Source of the DNA: an uncultured Amphritea sp.
GTDB lineage: Bacteria; Pseudomonadota; Gammaproteobacteria; Pseudomonadales; Balneatricaceae
Direction: 5' to 3'
Length of the DNA: 64,000 nt
Assembly: GCF_937127095.1 (NCBI RefSeq)
Contig: NZ_CAKZLP010000059.1
Span: 1,128 to 65,127, forward strand
Shown here: positions 39,986-49,930 of the stretch, piece by piece
Position numbering within the stretch: the first letter of the stretch is position 1
Layout: each line of letters opens with the position of its first letter
Position numbers and translations under genes: made by a program
The notes under the pieces: model-generated
What the model was told of the DNA's origin: nothing
Databases searched by the model: none
Seen by the model: only the letters and a program-made list of their open reading frames with translations

Positions 39986-40677
39986 TCGGTTCCAGAATCT
40001 ACCCTGTTAACGAGCGAGGTTCGCGATCAGGGGGCTCTGGTGTGCGAACGCCGGAATAATTGACCTCTTGTGGGGTTTGTTCTCCGCGTCGAATACAGGG
40101 CTTCTCAGGGCGTTAGAGGGATAGATAAAGGTTGATCGTCTACTGCTCCCTATGCCGTCTGTGAATGTTATAGGTGACAACCACTTTAGTGACCCGGATG
40201 AATCCTTTCAGCCCACCCACGGTTCTATGTGCCCTTATACAAGTAGTGCGCAGCGAACCACACACTCAATGTTGTTTTTTGTTTGTCATATGTTGTCGGT
40301 TTTTTCGGTTTTTTTAAACATAGGCACCCTTCCAAGTATAAGAAATCTCACGGATCAGGGTCGGTTGTTCCTGCCTGACGAGTTTCAGAAATTTACCCTT
40401 ATAGTAGCCTCTTTCATCCTTGAACCCTCATGATCACTGGGCCGGAAATCTCCTGAACCAGAAATGATCGTTTTTTGACACACATAGGACAAACAAACGA
40501 CAACATGTCATCAACTCTTAATCAACTGACAGTGGCTGGGATGGGATAGAAAGAAGTGACCGAGGTATAAGATTGCAGGTATAGTTTCGCTACGAACCAA
40601 GTAACACACATGACACCGGAGAACGATACAGGCACGCAGCCATAATCGTTTCAGGACGCTTGTTAACAAGGATTGAC

Positions 40678-43182
40678 ATGCCATTAACGCTTAACCAACT
40701 TGAACGTCACCTCTTTAACGCTGCCGACATCCTTCGCGGCAAGATGGACGCTTCTGAATTTAAAGAATATATATTCGGGATGCTGTTCCTGAAACGGTGC
40801 TCAGATGTGTTTGAGGAACGGCGCGAACAGGTGATCAGAGAGCAGATTGCCAAAGGTAAATCACCTGAAGAGGCAGAGCAGGTTGCCGAATCAAAGCTCT
40901 GGTACAAAACCAGTTTTTACGTGCCCGGAAGCTCCCGGTGGGATTTCCTGGTCAAAGAAGCGCATAAGCATGTGGGTGATCACCTCAACGAAGCCCTGGG
41001 CGGTCTGGAGCAGGGTAATACCAGTCTGCAGGATGTGCTGGAGCACATTGATTTCAACCGCAAGGTGGGCCAGAGCAAGCTGCCAGACATTAAACTCCGG
41101 GCGCTGATCAATCACTTCAACAAGCACCGGCTTCGAGATCAGGATTTCGAGTTTCCTGATCTGCTGGGTGCAGCCTACGAATATCTGATTGGCGACTTTG
41201 CCGACTCTGCCGGTAAGAAAGGTGGTGAGTTCTATACGCCCCGTTCTGTGGTGCGGATGATGGTACGACTGCTCAAGCCTGAGCAGCACCATAAGGTGTA
41301 TGACCCCTGTTGTGGCTCTGGCGGTATGCTGATCGCTTCTAAAGAGTATATCGACGAGCATGGAGGTGAAGGTTACAGGCTCGACTGCTACGGTCAGGAA
41401 GCGGCAGGTACTGTCTGGTCCATCGCTAAGATGAATATGCTATTGCATGGCATCACCACTGCCAACCTGCAGAACGATGACACACTGGAGAAGCCCCGGC
41501 ATGTGCAGGGGGGCGAACTGGTGCGCTTCGACCGTATCCTCACTAATCCACCGTTCTCTATCAACTTCGGCAGCAAGGACAAAGATGAGTCGGGACAAGA
41601 GGTATTCCAGCCCCTGTTCCGCAGTGAACGCTTTAACTACGGTGAGGTGCCGCTTGGTTCCAAGAAGGCGGATCTGATGTTCCTGCAGCACATGCTGGCG
41701 GTGTGCGCACCGGGTGGCATGGTTGCCACTGTACTGCCTCATGGAGTGCTATTCAGGGGAGGTGATGAGCAGCGCATCCGTGCAGGAATCATCGAGGATG
41801 ACTTGCTGGAAGCGGTAATTGGCCTGCCACAAAACCTGTTCTATGGTACCGGTATCCCTGCCTGTATTCTGGTGTTGCGACAGCGTGGCAGTGAAGGAGC
41901 CCATCAGGTCAGTAGCAAACTGCCTGTTAATCAGGGCAAGGTACTGTTCATCAATGCGGACCGTGAATACTTCGAGGGCCGGGCGCAGAACTACCTGATG
42001 CCCGAACATATCGAGAAGATCGCAGCCACCTACGAGGCATTCGCCAGTGGCGAAGGGAAAGATATCCCGGGCTTCGCCAGCATCGTCAGCAGCGAGACGC
42101 TGCGTGAGAATGGCTACAACCTCAATATTCGTCGCTACGCCGATAACGCGCCACCACCAGAGCCCCATGATGTGCGTGCTCATTTGTTAGGCGGTATCCC
42201 TCAGGCTGAGCTTGATGACAAGCTGACGCTGTTCCAAGCTCAAGGTCTGGACTCTCACGATCTATTTGAATCCAAGCAAGATGATCCCGGCTATCAGGTG
42301 TTCCGTGAGAGCATCGACCAAAAGGTAGCGATCAAGCCCGCTATAGAGCAGAACGCAGGCGTCACCGCCCAGGAGCAGGCACTGCGCGATGCCTTTGAGA
42401 ACTGGTGGTGTGCTCATAGCCAGAGCATTACCGCGCTGGCTGAGCACAAGGCTTATGCCAAGTTGCGGGCTGAGCTGATCGACAGTTTCAACGTCGCCCT
42501 GCAACCGGTGGGGATGCTGGACGACTTTCAGATCAGCGGCATGATTGCCGGGTTTTGGTACGCCCAGCGTTATGACTTTCAGACCCTGATGGCTCGCGAC
42601 ACTTTTGGCGTGATCGACGCCTGGCGCACCAGCATCATCACCGCTATCGACGACAGCACCAGCAAAGACGACCCGCTAGAGCACAAGCTGGTTAAGTTCC
42701 TGCTGGCTGACTTTATCGACACACTGCAGGCGCTGGAGCGCGACAAGGCCGAGCTGGAGAGCCAGATCAAGACCGCCGAGGAGAAGTTACCCAAAGAGTC
42801 CGATGAGGATGAGGAGAGCGACGCTGAGCCCCTGAGCGAGGCAGAGATTGTCACACTCGAAAAAGAGATCAAGGCGTGGAAGAAAGAGCGTACTGCGTTA
42901 ACCAAACAGATCAAGGCGCAGCTGGCTGAGTTGCCTGCTCAGCTTAATGCGACGGTGGATGCGCTGGATAACGTCCAGGCCGCCGAACTGCTTCTAACCA
43001 TCCTTCATAGCGATATGCAGATCATCGTTGAGCGCTATATTAGTGCCCAGCGCCAATTGGTGATTGAGGCGGTGGAAAAGTGGTGGGACAAGTACCAGGT
43101 GACGCTGACCGAGATCGAACAGGCGCGAGACAGAGCGGCGCAGAAGCTGACTGGGTATCTGGGAGATCTAGGGTATGTTTGA
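40678..43182 (+). CDS. hsdM: Type I R-M methyltransferase subunit with a long C-terminal extension
   Basis: AADILRGKMDASEFKEYI, GEFYTPRSV, YDPCCGSGG, NPPF (N6-mA motif IV). Confidence 0.95.
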   Translation: MPLTLNQLERHLFNAADILRGKMDASEFKEYIFGMLFLKRCSDVFEERREQVIREQIAKGKSPEEAEQVAESKLWYKTSFYVPGSSRWDFLVKEAHKHVGDHLNEALGGLEQGNTSLQDVLEHIDFNRKVGQSKLPDIKLRALINHFNKHRLRDQDFEFPDLLGAAYEYLIGDFADSAGKKGGEFYTPRSVVRMMVRLLKPEQHHKVYDPCCGSGGMLIASKEYIDEHGGEGYRLDCYGQEAAGTVWSIAKMNMLLHGITTANLQNDDTLEKPRHVQGGELVRFDRILTNPPFSINFGSKDKDESGQEVFQPLFRSERFNYGEVPLGSKKADLMFLQHMLAVCAPGGMVATVLPHGVLFRGGDEQRIRAGIIEDDLLEAVIGLPQNLFYGTGIPACILVLRQRGSEGAHQVSSKLPVNQGKVLFINADREYFEGRAQNYLMPEHIEKIAATYEAFASGEGKDIPGFASIVSSETLRENGYNLNIRRYADNAPPPEPHDVRAHLLGGIPQAELDDKLTLFQAQGLDSHDLFESKQDDPGYQVFRESIDQKVAIKPAIEQNAGVTAQEQALRDAFENWWCAHSQSITALAEHKAYAKLRAELIDSFNVALQPVGMLDDFQISGMIAGFWYAQRYDFQTLMARDTFGVIDAWRTSIITAIDDSTSKDDPLEHKLVKFLLADFIDTLQALERDKAELESQIKTAEEKLPKESDEDEESDAEPLSEAEIVTLEKEIKAWKKERTALTKQIKAQLAELPAQLNATVDALDNVQAAELLLTILHSDMQIIVERYISAQRQLVIEAVEKWWDKYQVTLTEIEQARDRAAQKLTGYLGDLGYV

Positions 43183-44488
43183 AAAAGTTCCGTCTGGCTG
43201 GCAAGTGGTTTCGGTTAAAGACTTAATCGATACTCACTTCTCAGGGCCTAGCCCAACCTGTGAGGAAAGGAATATCCAGACTGAATCAGAATGGGGGGTA
43301 TTTAAGACCACCGCTGTTACATGGTCAGGCTTTAATGAATTTGCCCATAAGACTTTGCCTCAGAGCTACTGGGGGCAGAAACATCTCGAAGTTAAAGCTG
43401 GGGATGTGCTCGTTACCAAAGCGGGTCCGCGTCATCGTGTGGGTGTGGTCGTTCATGTGCCCGCTACCCAGCCTCGATTGATCGTCTCTGGAAAAATGAT
43501 AGGGCTTCGACTTAAGGCAGAGTATTGTGAATCGGATGTGATTGCAGGTTTGCTATCGCAGGCCGAACCCCAGAAATATTTGGATGATCGCAGCACAGGC
43601 ATGGCTGAGTCGCAGGTTAACTTTACGAATACGGCATTGTTAAATACCACCTTATTGCTTCCCCCGAAAGAAGAACGGGCTCTAATTTCTGAAATTGGGC
43701 AACAACTCGAGATCCAAATCCGTCAGACCGAGGCTATTGTCGCCAAGTTGCAGCAAGTGAAGCAGGGCCTTCTGCGTGACCTGCTGACCCGAGGTATTGA
43801 TGCCAGTGGGCAACTGCGCCCGCCCTATGAGCAAGCGCCGGAGCTTTACAAGGAGTCTCCACTGGGTGAAATTCCGAAAGAGTGGGACGCGCGAACACTT
43901 CAAGAAATCAGCTCAACACCAATTTGCTACGGAATAGTTCAGGTCTTTGGATATGTGGCAGATGGGGTTCCTGTTTTAGCAATAAGAGACTTGCTTGGCG
44001 ACTACTCGACGAACATCCACCGAACAGCTCATTCAATCGATGCGGGATATACTAGAAGTCGGGTTAAAGGTGGTGATGTGCTTATATCAGTGAAGGCTAC
44101 GATTGGACGCATTGGAGTGGTGCCGAATCATTTTGAGGGTAATATCAGCCGGGATATTGCCAAAATTCGACCTTCGGCTGGTGTGAGTTCTAATTTTTTG
44201 TGTTTCTTGCTACGTTCGCCCTTAGGGCAAAAGACGCTTGAATTGTCTCAAGTTGGTACGACCCGTGCTGAACTATCGATAGCCCCTTTAAAAGAACTGT
44301 TCTTTCCCATTCCCCCCCTAAAAGAGCAAGAAAGGATTGATACAGTCATTAGCAGTCATGAGGCATTAATCAAAGAAAACGAGTCAAATCTGACGAAGTT
44401 GAAGCAACAGAAATTTGGCTTAATGGATGACCTGCTTACTGGCAAAGTGCGTGTTAATAAAATGACCAAGCAACAGCTGTCGAGCTAA
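43175..44488 (+). CDS. hsdS: Type I R-M specificity subunit
   Basis: Two TRDs; conserved LPPKEER/PPLKEQERI; central GEIPKEW; GLMDDLLTGKVRV. Confidence 0.93.
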   Translation: MFEKVPSGWQVVSVKDLIDTHFSGPSPTCEERNIQTESEWGVFKTTAVTWSGFNEFAHKTLPQSYWGQKHLEVKAGDVLVTKAGPRHRVGVVVHVPATQPRLIVSGKMIGLRLKAEYCESDVIAGLLSQAEPQKYLDDRSTGMAESQVNFTNTALLNTTLLLPPKEERALISEIGQQLEIQIRQTEAIVAKLQQVKQGLLRDLLTRGIDASGQLRPPYEQAPELYKESPLGEIPKEWDARTLQEISSTPICYGIVQVFGYVADGVPVLAIRDLLGDYSTNIHRTAHSIDAGYTRSRVKGGDVLISVKATIGRIGVVPNHFEGNISRDIAKIRPSAGVSSNFLCFLLRSPLGQKTLELSQVGTTRAELSIAPLKELFFPIPPLKEQERIDTVISSHEALIKENESNLTKLKQQKFGLMDDLLTGKVRVNKMTKQQLSS

Positions 44489-44511
44489 CCCCAAGGGTAA
44501 GGAGGACAAGG

Positions 44512-47500
44512 ATGGGCCCCGAATACAAACTAAGCGAAAAACCGCTGATCGACCAGTTGGTGGCCATGGGCTGGACCTATGCGGCAGGTGATCTGGATGA
44601 TCCTGCCGTCACCGGTCGCACCAGCTTTGCCGAGGTGCTGCAGAGCAGTGTGTTGCGCGAGCGGCTTAAAAGTATCAATACCCGCCATATGGCGAATGGC
44701 TCCCGCGTAGAGTGGTTGGATGAGGAACGGATCAGTAGCGCAGTGTCAGCCTTGAATCGTATTGCCGCGCCGCGTCTGATGGAAGCCAATCAGATCGCCA
44801 CAGAGCTGCTCACTGAAGGCTTTGTGGTTGATGGATTAACAGACTGGGATGGTGGACGTTCCCGCACCATCCATTACATCGACTGGGATACGCCGGCTAA
44901 TAATCAGTTTACTGTCATCAACCAATTCAAGGTTAAGTGTCCGCCGGGGCATGACAGTACCAAGCAGCACATCATTCCTGATCTGGTGTTGTTGATGAAC
45001 GGTATCCCGGTAGTGGTGATCGAGTGTAAGAGCCCCACTGTAGCCGAGCCAATGGTTGAGTCGATAGATCAGTTACGCCGCTACTCCAATCAGCGCTTCG
45101 CCAATGGTGAAGTGAGCGATAACGAAGGTGCTCCGGCACTGTTCCAAACCAATCAGTTCCTGCTGGCTACCTGCTTCGATGAGTGCCTTGTGGGTACCAT
45201 TGGTGCGGGTACAGATCATTATCTACCCTGGAAAACCGTTGCTAGCTGTGAGGCACCGACACAGACCGAAAAAGAGGTTGCTGAGCGATTGGGTGTGGCT
45301 GTGCTCTCGCCGCAACAGCGTACGGTGGCTGGGATGCTCGATAAAGCCAATCTACTGGACATCATTCGCCACTTCACCCTGTTTATGAACACCGGCGGGC
45401 AGACGATAAAACTGGTGTGCCGGTATCAGCAGTATCGTGGAGTGGTTAAAGCGATTGATCGCCTCAAACGTGGTGAGACTCGCTCCCAGGATGGTGAGTA
45501 TGATCGTCGTGGAGGTATCGTCTGGCATACACAGGGTTCCGGTAAGTCGCTGACTATGGTTTTTATGGTTCGCTGTATGCGTACTGACCCAGATCTTCGT
45601 CGCTTCAAAGTGGTTGTGGTTACTGACCGTACCGACCTTCAAAACCAGCTTTCAGGTACTGCCACTCTGACTGGTGAATCGGTACAAGTTGCTAACAATA
45701 GCTCCGCGCTGAAGAACATCCTGCGTCAGGATGGGCCGGGATTGGTATTTGCCATGATCCAGAAGTATCGCGACCCTTCACCTCAAGGGCAGGCGGCTAA
45801 GCTCGGTGACTTCGAGCTACTGAACGCAAGTAAGGACATTTTGGTGATGGTGGACGAGGCACATCGGACTCAGGCGGGAGATCTTCACGCCAACCTGCTG
45901 GCTGGGATTCCTAACTGCGCCCGGATAGGCTTTACCGGTACCCCGATCATTATGGGTGAGAAGAAGCGCACCCATGAAATCTTCGGTGAGTTTATCGACA
46001 AGTACACTATCCGCGAGGCAGAGGCTGACGGGGCTACTGTGCCGGTCCTTTACGAGGGGCGTACGGCACAGGGCGCGGTTAAAGATGGCAGCAGCCTTGA
46101 TGAGCTTTTCGAAGATTTCTTCGCTGATAAGAGCGCTGAAGAGCTGGAGGAGATCAAGAAGAAGTACGCCACCAAGGGCAACGTGTTGGAAGCCCCGCAG
46201 CTGATTGATGACAAAGCGCGGGATATGTTGCGTCACTACATTACTAATATCCTTCCCAACGGCTTCAAGGCTCAGGTAGTAGCATACAGTCGTCTCGCTG
46301 CTGTGCGTTACAAGGGGGCTTTTGAGAAGGCACGCGATGATCTATTGGATGAGGCAGATCACCTCAGCTCAGAACTTAAAGGGCTAGATGATGAGCAGCT
46401 GTGTCGCAAATCGCCTAAGATGCAAGCGCTGATCCAGGCTTGGCGTTACCGTGAAACTCTTTCCAAGCTGGAGTTTGCCACCATCATATCCAGCAGCAAC
46501 AACGATGGCGCGGAGTGGACTGAGCATACAGATCGTTCTGAACAAGATAACGCCATTGCCCGGTTTAAAAAACCTTTATTGGGTGACCAGAAGAAAACGG
46601 ACCCTCTGGCGTTTCTGATAGTTAAATCTATGTTGTTAACTGGCTTCGATGCGCCTATCGAGGGAGTGATGTATCTCGACCGCTCTATTCGTGAGGCAGA
46701 ACTGTTGCAAACCATTGCTCGTGTGAACCGCACTGGCTTTGGTAAGTCAGCAGGCATCGTGGTGGACTATTTCGGTGTTGCCAATCATCTCAAAGCGGCG
46801 CTGGCTGCTTATAGCGATGACGATGTGGATGGGGCTCTGCGTAGCCTGAAAGATGAGATCCCGGCGCTGCGTGATCGACATATGCGTGCTGTGGATGTAT
46901 TAAGGGCGCGAGGTATTGAAGACCTGTCCGATCTGGAATCCTGTGTCCAGGCGCTGGACAGTGAACGTGTTCGTCAGGAGTTCGGGGTCAAGGTAAAAGC
47001 ATTTATGCAGAGCCTGGATTTGGTATTGCCCCGCCCAGAGGCTTTGCCATTCACCCCGGATGCCAAACAGTTGGCGATGATATACGCCAGTGCTCGCCGC
47101 CGATACCGCGATAGTGTAGTGCTGGGTAAAGACATCGGTGCCAAAGTGCGCAAGTTGATCGACGACCATGTGATCTCGTTAGGGATTGATCCTAAAATCG
47201 CACCGGTTAATCTGACTGATGCCACATTCGCCGATCAACTGAATCAGGTTAAAGAACTGGCGGCCTCCTATAATGCGGACCCAGAAAAAGGTAAGAAAGC
47301 GGTGGCGTCGGAGATGGAGCACGCAATACGTAGCCATGTGCAGCAGAAGTTGGACGAGGATCCGGTTTATTATCGTAAGCTCAGCGAGCGTCTGAAAGAT
47401 ATTCTGGAGGGTATGTCGGGCCAGTGGGATGAGCTAATTGCAGCGCTGCAGACCATTATTGATGAAGTTAATAGTGGCAGCACCGTTCACGAGGAAGGAA

Positions 47501-47817
47501 TGCCGGATGTTCCTGAGCATTACCTTCCATTTTATCGGATGCTGCGGGCTATTAAGTGTGGCGATAGTAAGCCTGATCTTGCCACTGAAGCCGATCTTAT
47601 TCAGCTTACCGAACATCTGGTGGAGTACATCACCAGAGAGGTGAAGACGTCAAGCTTCTGGGAGCCCCACCGCCGCCCTATGCAGGAGGCTCTGGAACAG
47701 GAGCTATTCGAGCGCATATATGAAAGCGAGTTACTGGAGTTCGACCAGATCGAGCCATTGGTGGATAAGCTGCGAGATCTTGCAAAGGCAAATAGCTACA
47801 AACTGGAGCGGGTATGA
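44512..47817 (+). CDS. hsdR: Type I R-M restriction subunit
   Basis: PDLVLLMNGIPVVVIECK, HTQGSGKS, DEAHR, MLLTGFDAP. Confidence 0.95.
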   Translation: MGPEYKLSEKPLIDQLVAMGWTYAAGDLDDPAVTGRTSFAEVLQSSVLRERLKSINTRHMANGSRVEWLDEERISSAVSALNRIAAPRLMEANQIATELLTEGFVVDGLTDWDGGRSRTIHYIDWDTPANNQFTVINQFKVKCPPGHDSTKQHIIPDLVLLMNGIPVVVIECKSPTVAEPMVESIDQLRRYSNQRFANGEVSDNEGAPALFQTNQFLLATCFDECLVGTIGAGTDHYLPWKTVASCEAPTQTEKEVAERLGVAVLSPQQRTVAGMLDKANLLDIIRHFTLFMNTGGQTIKLVCRYQQYRGVVKAIDRLKRGETRSQDGEYDRRGGIVWHTQGSGKSLTMVFMVRCMRTDPDLRRFKVVVVTDRTDLQNQLSGTATLTGESVQVANNSSALKNILRQDGPGLVFAMIQKYRDPSPQGQAAKLGDFELLNASKDILVMVDEAHRTQAGDLHANLLAGIPNCARIGFTGTPIIMGEKKRTHEIFGEFIDKYTIREAEADGATVPVLYEGRTAQGAVKDGSSLDELFEDFFADKSAEELEEIKKKYATKGNVLEAPQLIDDKARDMLRHYITNILPNGFKAQVVAYSRLAAVRYKGAFEKARDDLLDEADHLSSELKGLDDEQLCRKSPKMQALIQAWRYRETLSKLEFATIISSSNNDGAEWTEHTDRSEQDNAIARFKKPLLGDQKKTDPLAFLIVKSMLLTGFDAPIEGVMYLDRSIREAELLQTIARVNRTGFGKSAGIVVDYFGVANHLKAALAAYSDDDVDGALRSLKDEIPALRDRHMRAVDVLRARGIEDLSDLESCVQALDSERVRQEFGVKVKAFMQSLDLVLPRPEALPFTPDAKQLAMIYASARRRYRDSVVLGKDIGAKVRKLIDDHVISLGIDPKIAPVNLTDATFADQLNQVKELAASYNADPEKGKKAVASEMEHAIRSHVQQKLDEDPVYYRKLSERLKDILEGMSGQWDELIAALQTIIDEVNSGSTVHEEGMPDVPEHYLPFYRMLRAIKCGDSKPDLATEADLIQLTEHLVEYITREVKTSSFWEPHRRPMQEALEQELFERIYESELLEFDQIEPLVDKLRDLAKANSYKLERV

Positions 47818-48506
47818 TCCTGCAAGTTGATGACCTTGAAATTCCTGTGCGCGAAAGCACCAGGCGCAAAACGCTCCAACTAACTGTTGAACGAGACAGC
47901 TCGCTGTCGCTAAGTTCTCCGGTGGGCGTCAGTGCCGATGTGCTAGAGTCTTTCGTGCGGAGTAAGCAGTTATGGGTCTACAAGAAACTCGCCGAAAAAG
48001 CGCTTATGAATAAGCAGGTGCGCCATAAGAAATACGTTCAGGGAGAGGGCTTTCTCTATCTTGGCCGCCATCATCGGTTGAATTTAGTTGACCTCCAGAC
48101 AGAACCACTAAAGTGGGTAAATGGGCGCTTTCATCTGCACAGTGAAGCGCTCCCTGAAGCGCGTAAGCACTTTATCCGGTGGTATAGCGGGCGAGGAAAA
48201 AAGTGGCTCTGGCAGCGTGTACAGGACTTTGCTCAACGCCTTGAGGTAAACCCCTCAGGTATCAACGTACAAGATCTCGGTTATCGCTGGGGGTCATGTG
48301 GTAAGGGCGGTCGTCTTTACTTTCACTGGAAAACTATTTTGCTTCCGGCACGCATTGCTGAGTATGTTGTAGTGCATGAACTGGTTCATCTTCATGAGCC
48401 GAATCATTCTGCTGAGTTCTGGCTTCGTCTTGAGCGAGCCATGCCAGACTATGAAGAACGTAAGCAGTGGTTGGCTGAGCACGGCATGGATGTAGAGGGG
48501 CTCTGA
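47814..48506 (+). CDS. M48/SprT-like (YgjP-type) HEXXH protein associated with Type I R-M
   Basis: RWGSC, YVVVHELVHLHEPNHSAEFW; ATGA overlap with hsdR. Confidence 0.9.
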   Translation: MILQVDDLEIPVRESTRRKTLQLTVERDSSLSLSSPVGVSADVLESFVRSKQLWVYKKLAEKALMNKQVRHKKYVQGEGFLYLGRHHRLNLVDLQTEPLKWVNGRFHLHSEALPEARKHFIRWYSGRGKKWLWQRVQDFAQRLEVNPSGINVQDLGYRWGSCGKGGRLYFHWKTILLPARIAEYVVVHELVHLHEPNHSAEFWLRLERAMPDYEERKQWLAEHGMDVEGL

Positions 48507-48621
48507 ACCTTGTTGTAGCAGCTTTGCTGTCAGGGTAAAGTCGGTAAGTAACTGATTACTTAATTGTTTTTTTGTCATCTTTAGCTATCGTGCTCCATGA
48601 GTTGATAATGGAGATACGAAG

Positions 48622-49149
48622 ATGAATTCACTTTATCAGGCAGGTTTAAAGGTAGCTGTGACAGCACAGGTGCGTTTTCTTGAAGAGTTGCTTCGTCGGT
48701 GGCTAATCGGCCAGGGAAGCCTGTGCGGCCATATAAAGTTCCTCTACCGGATTGAGTTTCAAAAGGATGCAGCCGTTTATGTTGGTACCGGTTCTGCAGC
48801 TCGTCTGGCTAGTCGAGTATCTGGGAAGGTGCTGCAGTACGATAACTCTGATCTGGAAACTCGCACTAATGTGGCGCTTGAAGCTGGACAAGAGCGACAG
48901 CTTGTATGTGCTGGATTATTTCAGGTTCGATACTCAAACGATATTGGCTCTGACATTGAGCGGCTAGAAAAACGTAGATGTCAGGATGCCGGATTAATAT
49001 TACTAAACCGGAATGACATTTACAGGCCTGTTGGCAACTATCACATAGTTAGTAGTCAGGCTTGGTTGAAAGAAGCAGGAACGTGTCTTTACCACCAACT
49101 TGGAAAAGGTGATATAAAACTCAGAGATGCGCTCCTAATGGTAGGCTGA
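48622..49149 (+). CDS. Hypothetical protein with GIY-YIG-like motifs
   Basis: FLYRI-x8-YVGTG...R...IERLEK...LLN pattern; RBS GGAG. Confidence 0.5.
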   Translation: MNSLYQAGLKVAVTAQVRFLEELLRRWLIGQGSLCGHIKFLYRIEFQKDAAVYVGTGSAARLASRVSGKVLQYDNSDLETRTNVALEAGQERQLVCAGLFQVRYSNDIGSDIERLEKRRCQDAGLILLNRNDIYRPVGNYHIVSSQAWLKEAGTCLYHQLGKGDIKLRDALLMVG

Positions 49150-49178
49150 AAAAAGCCCGCATTTCTGAAGGTGATGCT

Positions 49179-49216
49179 GTATCGTTACGTTAAATGTTCG
49201 TTTAACAGTTTGATAC
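49179..49216. promoter_or_regulatory. Imperfect palindrome upstream of serine recombinase 2 (res-like site)
   Basis: GTATC..GTTAAA-tgttcg-TTTAAC..GATAC. Confidence 0.5.
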
Positions 49217-49234
49217 ACACTCCGGGGGCCAGGG

Positions 49235-49930
49235 ATGAATAACGATAAGTTGATCGCATATTACAGGGTTTCTACATCGAGACAGGGTAAAAGTGGTCTG
49301 GGTCTTGAAGCTCAGCGTCATGACGTAGAAGCTTACGCTGCAATGACTGGGCAGGCTGTTAGTGCTGAATACACCGAAATTGAATCCGGTGGCAATAATG
49401 ACCGACCTGAGTTGCTGGCGGCTATTGAACGATGCCAGTTGATTCGTGGGCGTTTAGTGATTGCTAAGCTAGATCGTCTGTCTCGCTCTGTTGGCTTTAT
49501 CGCTCAGCTTCAAGACTCCGGAGTTCCTTTTGTCGCTTGTGATATGCCAGAGGCTAATGAGACGATGGTTCAGATGATGTCAGTGATGGCTCAGGCTGAG
49601 AGGAAGGCTATATCGATCCGTACTAAAGCGGCTTTAAAGGCTGCTAAAGCGAGAGGCGTGACGTTGGGTAATCCTAGGTTGGCAGAGGCGCGAGCAGTCC
49701 GTACCGGTGATGTGACGCTGAAGGCGCGTACCGCTCGCTCTGAGAAGGCTGAGAAGCATGCTTCACTGGTGATGAGTGAAATTCAGAGAGCGCGTGTAGA
49801 AGGGCGGTCGAGCTTGGGTGAGCTATCAGTCTGGTTGAATGAACAAGAGATCGCTACCCAACGAGGGTGTTTATGGACTAGGGCTGCTGTGAGTAGAGTC
49901 CTAAAACGGTTTTCTGAAGGTGTACTTTAA
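49235..49930 (+). CDS. Serine recombinase (resolvase family) 2
   Basis: IAYYRVSTSRQGKSGLGLEAQR, AKLDRLSRS, GVTLGNP. Confidence 0.92.
   Translation: MNNDKLIAYYRVSTSRQGKSGLGLEAQRHDVEAYAAMTGQAVSAEYTEIESGGNNDRPELLAAIERCQLIRGRLVIAKLDRLSRSVGFIAQLQDSGVPFVACDMPEANETMVQMMSVMAQAERKAISIRTKAALKAAKARGVTLGNPRLAEARAVRTGDVTLKARTARSEKAEKHASLVMSEIQRARVEGRSSLGELSVWLNEQEIATQRGCLWTRAAVSRVLKRFSEGVL

Noticed and set aside
43175-44488. Phase-variable or shufflon-type hsdS
   Set aside because: Single hsdS with no silent TRD copies, long inverted repeats or simple-sequence tract seen
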